A stretch of 64,000 bases of DNA from Octopus sinensis. Its lineage: Eukaryota. The translations under genes were made by a program, and so were the position numbers. Below are positions 12,708-23,695 of this stretch, one piece after another. The notes beneath the pieces were generated by a model, which saw only the letters and a program-made list of their open reading frames with translations, ran no database searches and was not told where the DNA came from. The stretch is taken from NCBI RefSeq assembly GCF_006345805.1, contig NC_043010.1, forward strand, positions 30,876,001-30,940,000, in the 5' to 3' direction. The first letter of the stretch is position 1; every line of letters starts with the position of its first letter.

Positions 12708-13754
12708 GATTTTTCTCAAACGTCCAGAAGAAACATTAGAGATAGTAGATAGTTTCTATTATCTAGCAGACCTATTTATCACTGTAGAAGTATGATCTGG
12801 AAGTATAGTTGCTACAATACGAATCGGCTGGAGAAAGTTCAGACAGTTATTACTTCTGTTGGTAACAAAGGTCCTCTCACTCAGAATGAGAGGCAGATTG
12901 TACAATACTTACGTACGAACAGCAATGCTGCATAATTGTTCAACTTGAGCCGTCAATGCTGAGACTAGAAAGAAATGAAGCGGATAAATTCCGCTGGATA
13001 GTGTGCATGTACGACAAATTACAAATGTGTCGAAAGAAAAATTGAATATGTATGAGTCAATAATCAGATATGGTGTGCAAGAGAGAAGACTCTGTTAGTA
13101 TGGCCTTCTGATGCGAATGGATGAGACAGCTGTATAAAGAAATGCTGGCAGCTATACGTGGAAGGAACCTGTGGGAGAGGGGGACTTAGGAAGACGTGGG
13201 ATAAATTAGTGAAGACTGACATCAAGATTTTGAACCTCACGGAGGTGATGAGAAAAGCCGAAATGACTGGTTATATGCTGAGCTTGAGAAGACCTGTCCA
13301 TCTCAGCAAAAATGAAGTCCAATCAAGCCGCCCGTCACGACTCATCTTCTCCCACCCATCCCTCCATCAATCTTCTAACTACAACACTACTCGCTCAGCT
13401 GTTGTAAATGATATCATTTATCCCCCTGCATTTCACATTGTCTCCCTATCATTGTTCCTTATTACCTCCTCCTTGACCCAATCTTATTTCCTTCACTTTC
13501 CACCCTACTCCCCCACTCTCCCCAAAAAAACTGATATTCACCATTGACCATGTCGCCACCGTATGCCTTTTTTACTGCATCCAGCTTTATCTCCATCTCT
13601 AACCATCTGTCACACTTCTTTCACACTCTCTCGAACTTGCCTACACACACTTTCTGTTCATTTATCCCCATTCTATCTCTTATATTCACCTTGTACCTTG
13701 GGGGTGCACCCTGACAACCTCTCTCTCTCTCTCTTTCTTTCTTTCTCTCTCTCT

Positions 13755-13789
<35 letters not shown>

Positions 13790-14130
13790 CCTTCAGCTAG
13801 AAAAGCTATGTATCTCTTCTTCAGCAAGACATTTATTCCTGTCCCTCTTTCATACTCTCACCTCCCCCAATACCATACCCTCATTCTGTTGAGAAGGTCT
13901 TGTCTTGCAAGTTACTTTATGGCCTCACTAGTGCCAGTGCTACGAAAACAGCACCTAGTACACACTGTAAAGTGTTTGGCGTTAAGAATGGCATCAAGCT
14001 GAAGAAATCACGCCAAAGCAGTCATTGGAGACTGGCGCAGTCGTTGGACTCGCTGGCTACTGGCGAACCAGCTAACCACGTCAGCATAGAAAACAAACGT
14101 TAAATGATGATGATGATGATGATGATGATG
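12708..14130 (+). mobile_element. RTE-clade LINE 3' remnant; its left piece at about 6905-6968 is split off by the Gypsy insertion
   Basis: FVCNIYIEVINKKNTWVMDF (left of the LTR) joins KRPEETLEIVDSF..IGWRKFRQLL..RGRLY..VQERRL..EGTCGRGGLRKTWD, then a pyrimidine-rich block, 3' UTR and (TGA)n tail at 14103-14130. Confidence 0.8.
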
Positions 14131-14443
14131 TTATATGATTTTAACGGTAAAACTCGAAGTAGATAAAGCTATAAATTGCAACGTGTAAATATTGGGTTAA
14201 AAACCCTTTGGATATGTGTATGTATGTGTGTAATTTCTTATTTCTTATATGTTTTTATCTGCATCTTTTTCTATAATTTCTTTTCTCCTCTTGTATATTG
14301 TATAACGTATTTCGCATTCCTGCACCTCTTTGTATAACTTCCCACCATACATATATTTGTGCGTACTCTGTTTAATGTACATTGTATTTTATTGTGTATC
14401 GTTGAGCACTTGTAGTTTATAAAGCAAACATTTTGTTTTTCAG

Positions 14444-14587
14444 GGGTACTTGCAAGTATATTGCTCAATAAAATAGGATGCCGAAAAACTGTCATCATTG
14501 GTTCCATTCTACAAGCTATTGGTTTCATCGGGTCATATATTGTAACGGACACCAAGCTATTGTTTTTGACTCTTAGTGTTATTGCCG
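14444..14587 (+). CDS. SLC16/monocarboxylate transporter family gene, internal exon (TM3-TM4)
   Basis: ttttgtttttcag|...|gtaaac; 144 nt, phase 1-1; GVLASILLNKIGCRKTVIIGSILQAIGFIGS matches the SLC16 motif GPxxSxLxNxFGCR; splices in frame to 17752. Confidence 0.9.
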
Positions 14588-14898
14588 GTAAACTATACTT
14601 TCTTGTTTTTCAGTTAGTCAATCTTTTCGGTTGTTGACCTGTTTTTGTTAACGAACTTCATTATGTTTTTAGTCCAAGATAAAGTGAAGGGGAAGTAAGT
14701 CCTTACTTTTGTTAGACATCCCTGACCGATGATGGTGATATAGCTGTTGTTGCTTGTTGCTCAGTTCTAGCCTTGATCGATCAATGGCCATCAAGCCATA
14801 AATTTTTTTAACATTGTCCTATGTACCCTTCTTTTTTGAAGATGGTTGTGTTTGGTTTGATGGAGGTTTGCTTGCTATTTCTTGAAAGATTGCCAAAG

Positions 14899-14960
14899 TG
14901 ATGTGGACGCCTCTAATGAGAACCCAATAAGGTTCGAAAATCGATTAAGGTTGTTCATCA
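14899..14960 (+). ncRNA. Type I hammerhead ribozyme motif, copy 1 (core G5 changed to A)
   Basis: CCT-CTAATGA-GAACC-CAATAA-GGTTC-GAAA-ATCGAT-TA-AGG; palindromic stem III AATCGATT; extended stem I TGATG/CATCA. Confidence 0.75.
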
Positions 14961-15202
14961 TGTTTTCATTCTGCGGAGAAATGGTAAAAATTTGCCCTGC
15001 TTATAATTATACCGTATGTTACATATTTATTATCTCATACCTTGATACTGTGTTGTCTAAGATCCCCGTTGACAGGCCGCTGGTATTTATAGGGTGTTAA
15101 ACTCTTTCGGTATGCAAATTAGGGACTCCTTCATAGAGCAACCACTGCATTTGTTGAGTATATAAACAGTTTAGCTGCTCGTTTCTCTGGAGACTGTCAG
15201 AA

Positions 15203-15262
15203 TGATGTAGACGCCTCTGATGAGAACCCAGTAAGGTTTGAAAATCGATTAAGGTTGTTTAT
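15203..15262 (+). ncRNA. Type I hammerhead ribozyme motif, copy 2 (intact CUGAUGA/GAAA core)
   Basis: CCT-CTGATGA-GAACC-CAGTAA-GGTTT-GAAA-ATCGAT-TA-AGG; predicted cleavage after A15251. Confidence 0.8.
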
Positions 15263-15486
15263 TTTTTCAGTCTGAAGAGAAATGGCTAAAATATCCCCTG
15301 TTTATAATTATACCATATGTTACGTATGTATGTGTGTATATATATATTCTTTCTAAAGACTTTTTTAAAATCAGTCATGAATAGGAAACGTTTTGTTTTC
15401 CTACTGTCTGCCTTTTTTTAATTATTCAGTCCTTATGTTTTATAGTATTAATGTTAATAATATTATTCATAATACAAAAGATGATA

Positions 15487-15683
15487 AAGCAGCGAGCTGG
15501 CAGAATCGTTTGCACGCCGAACAAAACGGTTTGTGGCATTTCGTCCGTCTTTACGTTCTAAGTTCAAATTCGACTGAGGCTGACTTTACTTTTCATCCCT
15601 TTCGGGGTTTATAAAATAAGTATCAGTTGAACATTGGAGTTGGTGTGATCAACTTACCCAATCCCTGAACTTGCTGGCCTTGT
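15487..15683 (+). mobile_element. OK-type SINE
   Basis: GCGAGCTGGCAGAATCGTT...TTCAAATTCGACTGAGGCTGACTTTACTTTTCATCCTTTCGGGG. Confidence 0.8.
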
Positions 15684-15900
15684 ATACCCTCCAGCCTTCA
15701 TCAGGTGTCTTGGGGAAATTTCGAACCTGTTTTTTTTTTGTTTTTTTTCAACTGTTGTAATGGATCCTCTCACAGGTTAGAAATTTCCTCAAAACACCTG
15801 ATGAATACTGGAGGGTATATCAGCTGAAAGGTGTTAACAACAAAACAAGACGAGGACAAATATCCGTCAAATGTAAATAATGTAAATAATGTAATATAAT
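15683..15900 (+). mobile_element. Mini PLE-like terminal remnant: inverted arm plus degenerate hammerhead
   Basis: 15683-15728 is the reverse complement of 15773-15819 (ACACCTGATGAA...GGAGGGTATA); CAC-CTGATGA...CAGCT-GAAA at 15795-15830 with damaged stems II and III. Confidence 0.55.
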
Positions 15901-16267
15901 TCTCTTTATACGTAATTATTTTTCAGATTTTCGTTTATTATTTACAATCATAGGGTATTTTGAATTTTATATTTCTTTGTAACAAAACTCGTATAGAAGT
16001 GAAATGAAGTCGTTGCAACTGAAAGTTTACATTGAGTCCTCATTGGGGCTTTACTACCTCCACTACTCCATAATAAACTCAAACCTCCTTAAGAATACAA
16101 TGGTTTCTAACCGAGACAGGCAACCACACAGCTGAAGGGGAAAAAAACAGTGGTGCCGAAAAGTGATCACATTATATGCTAATGTTTATTTTATCGATAT
16201 CCTGGGTGTTTGAGATATAACTAGATTAATAGAATTTCTATAGGATCAAATAAAATGCCGTTGAGAA

Positions 16268-16550
16268 GGCGCGCGGCTTAGTGCTTAGGGGTATTCGGCT
16301 CACGATCGTAAGGTCGTGAGTTCGATTCTTGGTGACACGTTGTGTCCTTGAGCAAAACACTTTATTTCACGTTGCTCCAGTCCACTCAGCTGGCAAAAAT
16401 TAGTAGTACCTGTATTTCAAAGGGCCAGTCTTGTCACGCAGAATCTCCCTGAGAACTCTGCTATGGGCATGCGTGTTTGTGGAGAACTCAGCCACTTTTA
16501 CGATGATTTCATGAGCAGGTTGTTCCGTTGATCGGGTCAACAACCGGAGT
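16268..16550 (+). mobile_element. tRNA-headed SINE
   Basis: A-box-like GGCTTAGTGCTTAGG, B-box-like GAGTTCGATTC, then central TTGTGTCCTTGAGCAAAACACTT...TTGCTCCAGTCCACTCAGCTG domain. Confidence 0.75.
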
Positions 16551-16574
16551 GCCATTTTTTTTTAGATAAAATTC

Positions 16575-17451
16575 GGATCTTTACCTTTTGACCGACAGAT
16601 TAAGAAAATGATTTTTTGTAACGTTTAGTTACAAAAATTTTTTTTTTTTCAAACTTCGTATACTGGTAGAATGTGTCATATAAAATATATTTTACTCTTA
16701 GCGTTTTTGAGAAAAGTTTGTTTACGAAGTTATTTCGTGTTAAAGTTCACGTATTTCGGTAATTTCAACCAACTAATGACGTGTATTCAGCTGAATAAAA
16801 TTACTGCCGTTGTTTGTCAACAACTATCGGCGGTATATATGCCGTTTGTCACTGTTGTTTATGACATCGTTCGTACGTTTGTACTGGTTTTAGCTTTAAG
16901 GTTTTAGTGTTTTAGGCTTAGGATTTTAGGGTTTGGGTTTTAGGGTGAGGGGATTTAGGGTTAGGGCTAGGGTTTTAGGGTTAGGGTTAGGGCTTTAGGG
17001 TTAGGGTTTTAGAGTTAGGGTTAGGGTTAGGCTTTTGGGGTTAGGGTTAAGGTTTTAAGATTAGAGTTACGGAAAAAATGAAAAACGAAGCACGAACGAT
17101 TATGGTGGTGCCATGAAGTAAACATGCTTCAGATACACTCGTTTATTCATACAAACGTAACTGAGATAAAATATGTCATAAATAACAGTGACAAACGACA
17201 TATACACCGCCGATAGTTGTTGACAAACAACGGCAGTAATTTTATTCAGCTGAATACACGTCATTGATTGGTTGAAATTACCGAAATACGAAAACTTTAA
17301 CACGTAAATAATTTCGTAAACATAAACTTTTCTCAAAAATGCTAAGAGTAAAATATATTTTATATGACACATTCTACCAGTAAACGAAGTTTGAAAGTGT
17401 TTAATTACAAAAAATTATTTTCTAAATCTGCCGGTCAAAAGGTAAAGATCC
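16575..17451. mobile_element. Non-autonomous TIR element (about 290-bp TIRs) enclosing a degenerate TTAGGG array
   Basis: GGATCTTTACCTTTTGACCG...CGGTCAAAAGGTAAAGATCC; arms 16575-16867 and 17173-17451; flanks TAAAATTC/TAAAATTA (8-bp TSD, 7/8). Confidence 0.85.
16886..17069 (+). repeat. Interstitial telomere-like array
   Basis: 12 exact TTAGGG hexamers counted by eye among TTTAGGG, CTAGGG and TTAGAG variants. Confidence 0.9.
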
Positions 17452-17751
17452 TAAAATTATTTAGTGTAATTAGTTGTGGGCCTTTGTGTTCTGAGTTTAA
17501 ATCCTGCCAACTTTGTGTTTCATGCTTCCTGAGCCGATAACTTAAAGTCAGGTACAGATATCGATGTAATATCTCAATAAATGTGAATGTAGTTATCATA
17601 GAAAATTTCCGACCAAATGTAACTCACCACTACATGCAAAGCATTTAAACTGGCTTTCTTTGGTTCTTGCCATCCACCGCCCTACAGTTGTAAAATATTT
17701 AGATAGTACAAAGTTTTAGAATAATCGCAAAAGTATTTTTTCTTGTTTTAG

Positions 17752-18924
17752 GTACTGGATGCGGTATATGTTATACGACTGCCATGGTTGCTATCAGTTA
17801 CCATTTTGATCGCTATTTGGGACTAGCATCTGGGATTGCTGTCAGCGCACAAGGAATTGGAACAATTATGATAAATGCAATAGAGAGTACTGTGAATTTC
17901 TATGGGTTGCGTAACTTTTTCCTTCTCGTAGCTGGGTATGTCCTTCAAAATTGTGTTTTCGGTGCTCTTTTACGGACGTCTGAGCACGAACGAAATTATA
18001 ATAAAGAAGTAAAAAATAACAAAACAGTCAATAGCAAAGTAACCTTCGCTTACGAACAGGATGTATTTGACAACGAATTAAAATCAAAGCCTGAGAATTT
18101 AACAATCCACTCCAGTGATCTCCAAAACACTTCAAACAAACTGCACCAACATGAAACCCAATATGATTGCAAAGAAATCAACTTACAAATTAAGGATTCT
18201 AAACCAGAAAGCGTGGATGAAAATAGCACTGATAAAACTGATAGAAAATTAGACCAACTCTCAGAAAAGCCAAACGAAGAAAAATCTACTGTCAAAATTG
18301 AAACGAAAGTCAATTTGGACTCGCGGCACATACAGTCTTCAGGTGCCCAAGAAATGGATGTAACTGGACAACCAAGCAACAAGTTTACTACAGAAAATCG
18401 TTTGCAGGAAACAACACAGGTTAGCAACTGCAACGAAAAGGAGACCTGTTTCGAAGAGTACTTGAAACTTGTAAAGGATTTCAGGTTTATGTTATTCGTT
18501 CTATACGTGGGATTGTTTGCTTCCGCCGAGAGTATCATTTATATCCTGCTTCCATCTTACTTCATTGAAAAGGGAACGACAAAAGATCAAGTTGCGCAAT
18601 TGTTCACCTTCGTTGGTATCGCTTCTACACTGACTCGTTTTCTAACCGGTGTAATTCTAAACAAAAACCTTTTATCACTCACTGTCCTATTTTCAGTGCC
18701 GTCATTTTTGCTAGCAGTCTGTAGTTTTGTCGTGCCTTTTTTCATCCATATATATTGGGTCCAGCTAATATACGGTCTTCTGTATGGTGTACTAAATTTC
18801 ACTGTTTATGCACTCATTAATAAGGCATGTATTAAACTTGTCGGTCTAAAAGGAACTTCTTCAGCTATGGGCATCATAATGTTCCTATGGGGTACAGCTG
18901 CATTGATTGGATCACCTCTCACAG
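17752..18924 (+). CDS. SLC16 family gene, large exon (TM4-TM11 with long central loop)
   Basis: ttcttgttttag|GT ACT GGA... to ...CTC ACA G|gtaaat; 1173 nt open; GTGCGICY..YHFDRYLGLASGIAVSAQGIG, hydrophilic loop, GIASTLTRFLTG, MGIIMFLWGTAALIGSPLT. Confidence 0.92.
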
Positions 18925-18989
18925 GTAAATATTTCATTGTATATGTTTTTGGTTAGTCTTATTTGTTATTATTTTTATGATTTAGGCAG

Positions 18990-19440
18990 AGGTGGAACGG
19001 CAGTGCCCATGACCTTGTTTCAGGAAAGGCGTAATTGGTGGGAGAAAGAGTGGAAGTTATCTTCAAACAAGAAACCTAGTCAAAGTACTTACAACGGAAC
19101 GTTCTCTGTTAAAGGTAACCAAGGACCAGATTGTTTCTACATTCCAAGAATAGGGATGGTCACAAAGAGGGTATGCAGAGGATGCGGGTATTTTGAAAAT
19201 ACCAGACGGAGTGACGGCCGTGCCCTGTATATTTACGGGCGCCCTTTGGCAAGGCATAGCACCCATTCAGCCACCCTGCCAAGGATATGACAAAGTCATG
19301 GGACTGCAGCATGGTGGATTGTGAAGAGGCAGCAGAAGAGCTCAACTGAGCTCTTACAAATTAAAAGACCAACGGTCAGAGTCACCAAACCCTATCAAGA
19401 GAGTAACTGCAACGCATCCATAGGAGCGGCGTCCATGGTT
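18990..19440 (+). mobile_element. Possible decayed LINE ORF1 fragment
   Basis: GC-richer island with ERVEVIFKQE and KIPDGVTAV pieces resembling the ORF1 at 35411-36085; many stops. Confidence 0.3.
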
Positions 19441-19977
19441 GTGTAATCAGCTAATGAAAGATTCATTGTAACTCAAGTTTCCAATTCAAATTCATAATAA
19501 TAGAATTGGATGGCGACTGAGAGTCACAGGAATCTGTGCAAGCAGCGCGACTAGATTACATTAAGAATGATTTCCAGAACTTCAGCAACAGTAGATGCTG
19601 CTTATGATGTTGATGATGATGATGCTATAGTTTTTACTGTTGTTGTCCAGTGAAAACACAGGAATACACACTGGACTGAGGAATAAGAAATGAACAGCAG
19701 TTTCCATTGAATCTTGTTCAATAACCTGTTGAATGTTATTACGTGGTTGCGTTACTGTTAGCAGATGTGTTACTGGCCAAATTCCAGTGACATACGAAAG
19801 TATGCATCATACGGATAGATTACGGCCCGATATTTCATAAAGCTGATATTTCATAAAGTGGAATGAAGGGAAAGATATGTGTGTGTGTTTATACGTATAT
19901 ATGTATATACATGTATATGTTTGTATGAATATGTATATATGTATATACGTATGTATACAAACACATACATACATACA

Positions 19978-20009
<32 letters not shown>

Positions 20010-20109
20010 CATATGTACATACAGGAATAGATAGATAGATAGATAGATAGATAAAGTAACCATGAAAAAGCGAAATGATTGTCATCACTTGAAAAAGACA
20101 GAGAATATA

Positions 20110-23100
20110 ATCAAACAGAGTCTCTTACACCTGTTTCTAGAATAGCCAGGCATGTGGATCATCATATTGAATAAGGATTCCATAACTTGAGTATTCCATC
20201 ATCAGAGAGGGAGAAAGCAAAGAAATGTAAATATGAAAGAATATCCCCCAGCCCAGGATATTAATATATTCCAGTTTGTCAAAAATGGGAGAAGGATCAG
20301 AATAAAATAGATTGCATTAGGTTGTTCCATGATCAAATGAATAATACAGTGAAAGTTAATGTCAAATAGCAGTGTCAAATGAGAATGTTCGATGATGATC
20401 TATGGCAAGGAATCATAAAAGTTATCGGTTCCAGTTTTGAATAGAGAATGATTGTGTTGAATAGGAATATTATACTACAGAGTAGAGGGAAAACAGACGG
20501 AATATTCAGCTCATGAAATCCTGACTCAATATGATGATCCACATGCTTGGCTATTCTAGAAACAGCTGTAAGAGACTATGTATGTTTATATTCTCTATCT
20601 AAATTAAATGTCTTTTTCACGTGATGCCAATCGTTTTGCTTTTCCATTTTTACTTTAATCTATATATACCTGCTCAAAGAGAAACCATTTCTAGCTGCCT
20701 CTGATAGGCATCTCAGCATCACACCTTCTGTTGCAGTTCAAACCGGGGTTTTAGTGATACACCTGAGCACTCATAGTACACACCTGTTACTTGACGTCAG
20801 TTGACGAAAACTCATATATTCTGTATCCCGTGCTTTGTTACACAGAGCACTTATAATAGGTGGTAAACAAGGACAAGCAGTTCCTTGGCATCTCACTCAA
20901 GGACATACTCATTCCATCTCGGGAGACCTACCTTTTACTACTGCTACATAAAACTAACGACTTAATTAGGAGAATGCGATGGCGAGCTTTTTTCTCTGAT
21001 AATAGATATAAAGATAGCGGAAAAGACAGCCATAACCTAAAATCCCATTAAAAGCTTCCTCACAACCCACTGCTAAACAGATTCGAATCTGATATTCTAA
21101 ATTTGATTAATAAAGTCAAATTCTGTTAATTCAAATCTGCCTACAAGAATCAACCACCTAAAATTGTACGACGAATCATGGGATCACCCAAAATGCACAT
21201 CTTTTCAGATAAGACCGGAAATTTATACTCAATTGCTATTGAGGAATAAAAGAATTTCATACAAAAGGACCCACATAGACCCTAGAAAACTTGCAAAGTC
21301 CAGTCTGGATACCAGTGCTATGAATTAGTCCGCAAACTCGAAGTAGAAGACAGAATGGAGTATATACCCCTAAAAGAACCTCGCTTCAATCACAAGGACC
21401 ATGAAATGGACTTTAATACCAAACCATCAATAAGCCCTACAAAATCTGACCTCTGGCGAATTAGTGAAAATATTGTTAACAAGTTGAGCGTTCACCTACG
21501 GTCATGTACAGGTGAGGTAAATTGGTTTCATCTTCTAAAAAAATAACAGCAATTCATCCTTCCTCCAATTCAATATTAACAATTATTATGCCTCAATCTC
21601 TCTCATCCTTCTTAACAAAGCCCTTACTCTCGCAAGAAAGCTAATTTGCCCATCTAGAAATTGATATTATACTAACATCTAGAAAGACTCTCATTACTTT
21701 CAATAACAAACTTTGATGTGGGACATTTAATAATAATTTCTTTGATTTAACAAAGGGCTCCTCCGACTTAGACCAGGCCCAGGTCACGAAACTCGTTGGA
21801 CTCGACCTCCTTCATCAACTTCGCATGTACTTTCCAGCTATACACAGTGGTCTAATTCGTGATGATGCTCTCCTTATTGCTACAGGTCTCGCTAAACCAG
21901 CCCTTGAGAAAACCAGAAAGGCCTTACATAAGTTATTTGCCAATTTTAACTTAACTATCGCATTTGAGAATACCAATTTCTTCCATGTTACATTAGATTT
22001 GAATTCTTCTTTATATTCCCTGTACTGTAAGCCGAATGAATAACTAAAATATATCAATATCCACTCCAATCACCATAGATTTGTTTTTAATAGCGTTATT
22101 AAGGGTATTTCTATAAGAATTTCCAATCTGTCCGCAACGGAGGAAATATTCAATAACCACGCCACTTATTATAATTAAGCGCTTGCTGCAAACGGCTTCA
22201 CCCCCAAGATAAAACAATTGTATAATACTAGGCTTAAGAGCTATGCAGCTCAACTACATCCTAATTCTACGCATCCCAAAACCACGAACACGACATTCCC
22301 CACAACAGATAGGATCACTCAACCCATCACCCTGGATCTTAAAAAACAATATACCCAACTATTTGCCACACACCCCAAAAATACTCATACAACTTGCAAT
22401 CCTATAGATAGAATTGCATCCCTAATATCATAAAGAAAACTAAACTCTGCATCACCACCCCAGATTATCTAATAAAAGCGGGAGACCTTACTTTGATATA
22501 CCCTGCCTTCTCCTTAAATGTTAAGAGATTACGTGAGCAATTTTTTACCATTATCAAATCTAATTTTCCACCCCACCATAAGTACCATTCTATCTTTAAT
22601 CAGTCCACCCTTAAGTTATCTTACTCCTCTGCACCTAACATAAAATCCATCATTGTCATACCTAATAACGGCAAGCTTAATAGGCATCGCCAACCAAATA
22701 CTACTAAGGAGAATAATAAATATAGCAATAATAGCGAACAATAATAATGAAACCACTTCTAATCACCTCTGATAGGCAGTCTCAACAGTTGCAGTTCAAA
22801 CTAGAATTTTAGTGGTAAAACTAACAGAGCACGCATAGTACATACCAATTACTTTACACCATAATTGTATTATTTACCTATAACTATTATTTATTTGATC
22901 GTGGAGCTACCTAAGGCATACATATTTTATTCTGATCCTTCCCCCATTTTTGACAACCTGGAATATACTAATATCCTTGACTGGCGACATTCCCTCATTT
23001 TTACATCTCTCTGCCTTTTCCTTCTCTGATGATGGATACTCAGCTTATGGAATCCTTATTCAATGGTTATCTACATGCCCGGCTATTCTAGAAACAGCTG

Positions 23101-23345
23101 TAAGAGACTATGTATGTTTATATTCTCTATCTAAATTAAATGTCTTTTTTACATGATGCCAATCGTTCTGCTTTTTCATTTTTACTTTAATCTATATCTA
23201 CCTGCTCAAAGAGAAACCATTTCTAGCTGCCTCTGATAGGCATCTCAGCATCACACCTTCAGTTGCAGTTCAAACTGGGGTTTTAGTGATACACCTGAGT
23301 ACTCATAGTACACACCTGTTACTTGACGTCAGTTGACGAAAACTT
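20110..23345 (+). mobile_element. Decayed Penelope-like element with direct pseudo-LTRs and an inverted 5' pLTR piece
   Basis: Direct repeat about 20500-20812 / 23040-23343; 20110-20330 is an inverted copy of about 22920-23110; ORF remnants GISLKDILIPS..IRRMRWRAFF, KEPRF..KDH, GLIRDD, TLKLSYSSAPNI. No GIY-YIG domain seen. Confidence 0.85.
23022..23106 (+). ncRNA. Hammerhead motif with long stem II insertion in PLE pLTR; inverted copy at 20122-20209 (-)
   Basis: TTCT-CTGATGA-TGGATA...TATTCTA-GAAA-CAGCTG-TA-AGAG; palindromic stem III ACAGCTGT. The inverted copy has a 7-bp stem II, TGGAATA/TATTCTA. Confidence 0.65.
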
Positions 23346-23392
23346 CTTATACATTCTGTCTGTCTGTGTGTGTGTGTGTGTGTAATTTTTGC

Positions 23393-23695
23393 GGAGGCGC
23401 AATGGCCCAGTGGTTAGGGCTGCGGAATCGCCGTTGTAAGAAGGCGATTTCGATTCCCAGACCAGGTGTTGTGAGTGTTTATTGAGCGAAAACACCTAAA
23501 GCTCCACGAGGTTCCGGCAGGGGGTTGTGGCGATCCCTGCTGTTCTCTTTCGCCACAACTTTCTCTAACTCTTTCTTCTGTTGGCCTGCTCGCTTAGCCA
23601 GCGGAGTGGCATCATCTGAAGGCTAAAACAATGTGAAGCGCATTGTGACCAGCGATGTGTAGCAATATCTAATAGCCTGGTCGATCACAATGATA
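23393..23695 (+). mobile_element. tRNA-headed SINE (octopus OR-like)
   Basis: GGAGGCGCAATGGCCCAGTGGTTAGG...TTCGATTCC head followed by a non-tRNA body. Confidence 0.75.

Noticed and set aside
1-14443. First SLC16 coding exon (PDGGWGW motif)
   Set aside because: Not found by eye in the non-repeat gaps; probably upstream of the window, so no gene start is reported.
16268-16340. tRNA genes here and at 23393-23465
   Set aside because: Only A/B-box-like heads without a complete cloverleaf, continuing into SINE bodies.
16886-17069. True chromosome end
   Set aside because: The array is degenerate, short, and enclosed by TIRs within an intron.
16671-17372. Two near-identical ORFs MCHIKYILLLAF... 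on opposite strands
   Set aside because: They are the two arms of the terminal inverted repeat; no protein motif.
19647-19676. Hairpin TCCAGTG...CACTGGA, or a minus-strand exon
   Set aside because: A 7-bp stem is too short for a pre-miRNA call, and no frame gives a recognisable peptide.
20785-20812. Extra hammerhead (TTGAC-GTCA-GT-TGAC-GAAA), also at about 23325
   Set aside because: No CUGANGA core and no convincing stems I and III.
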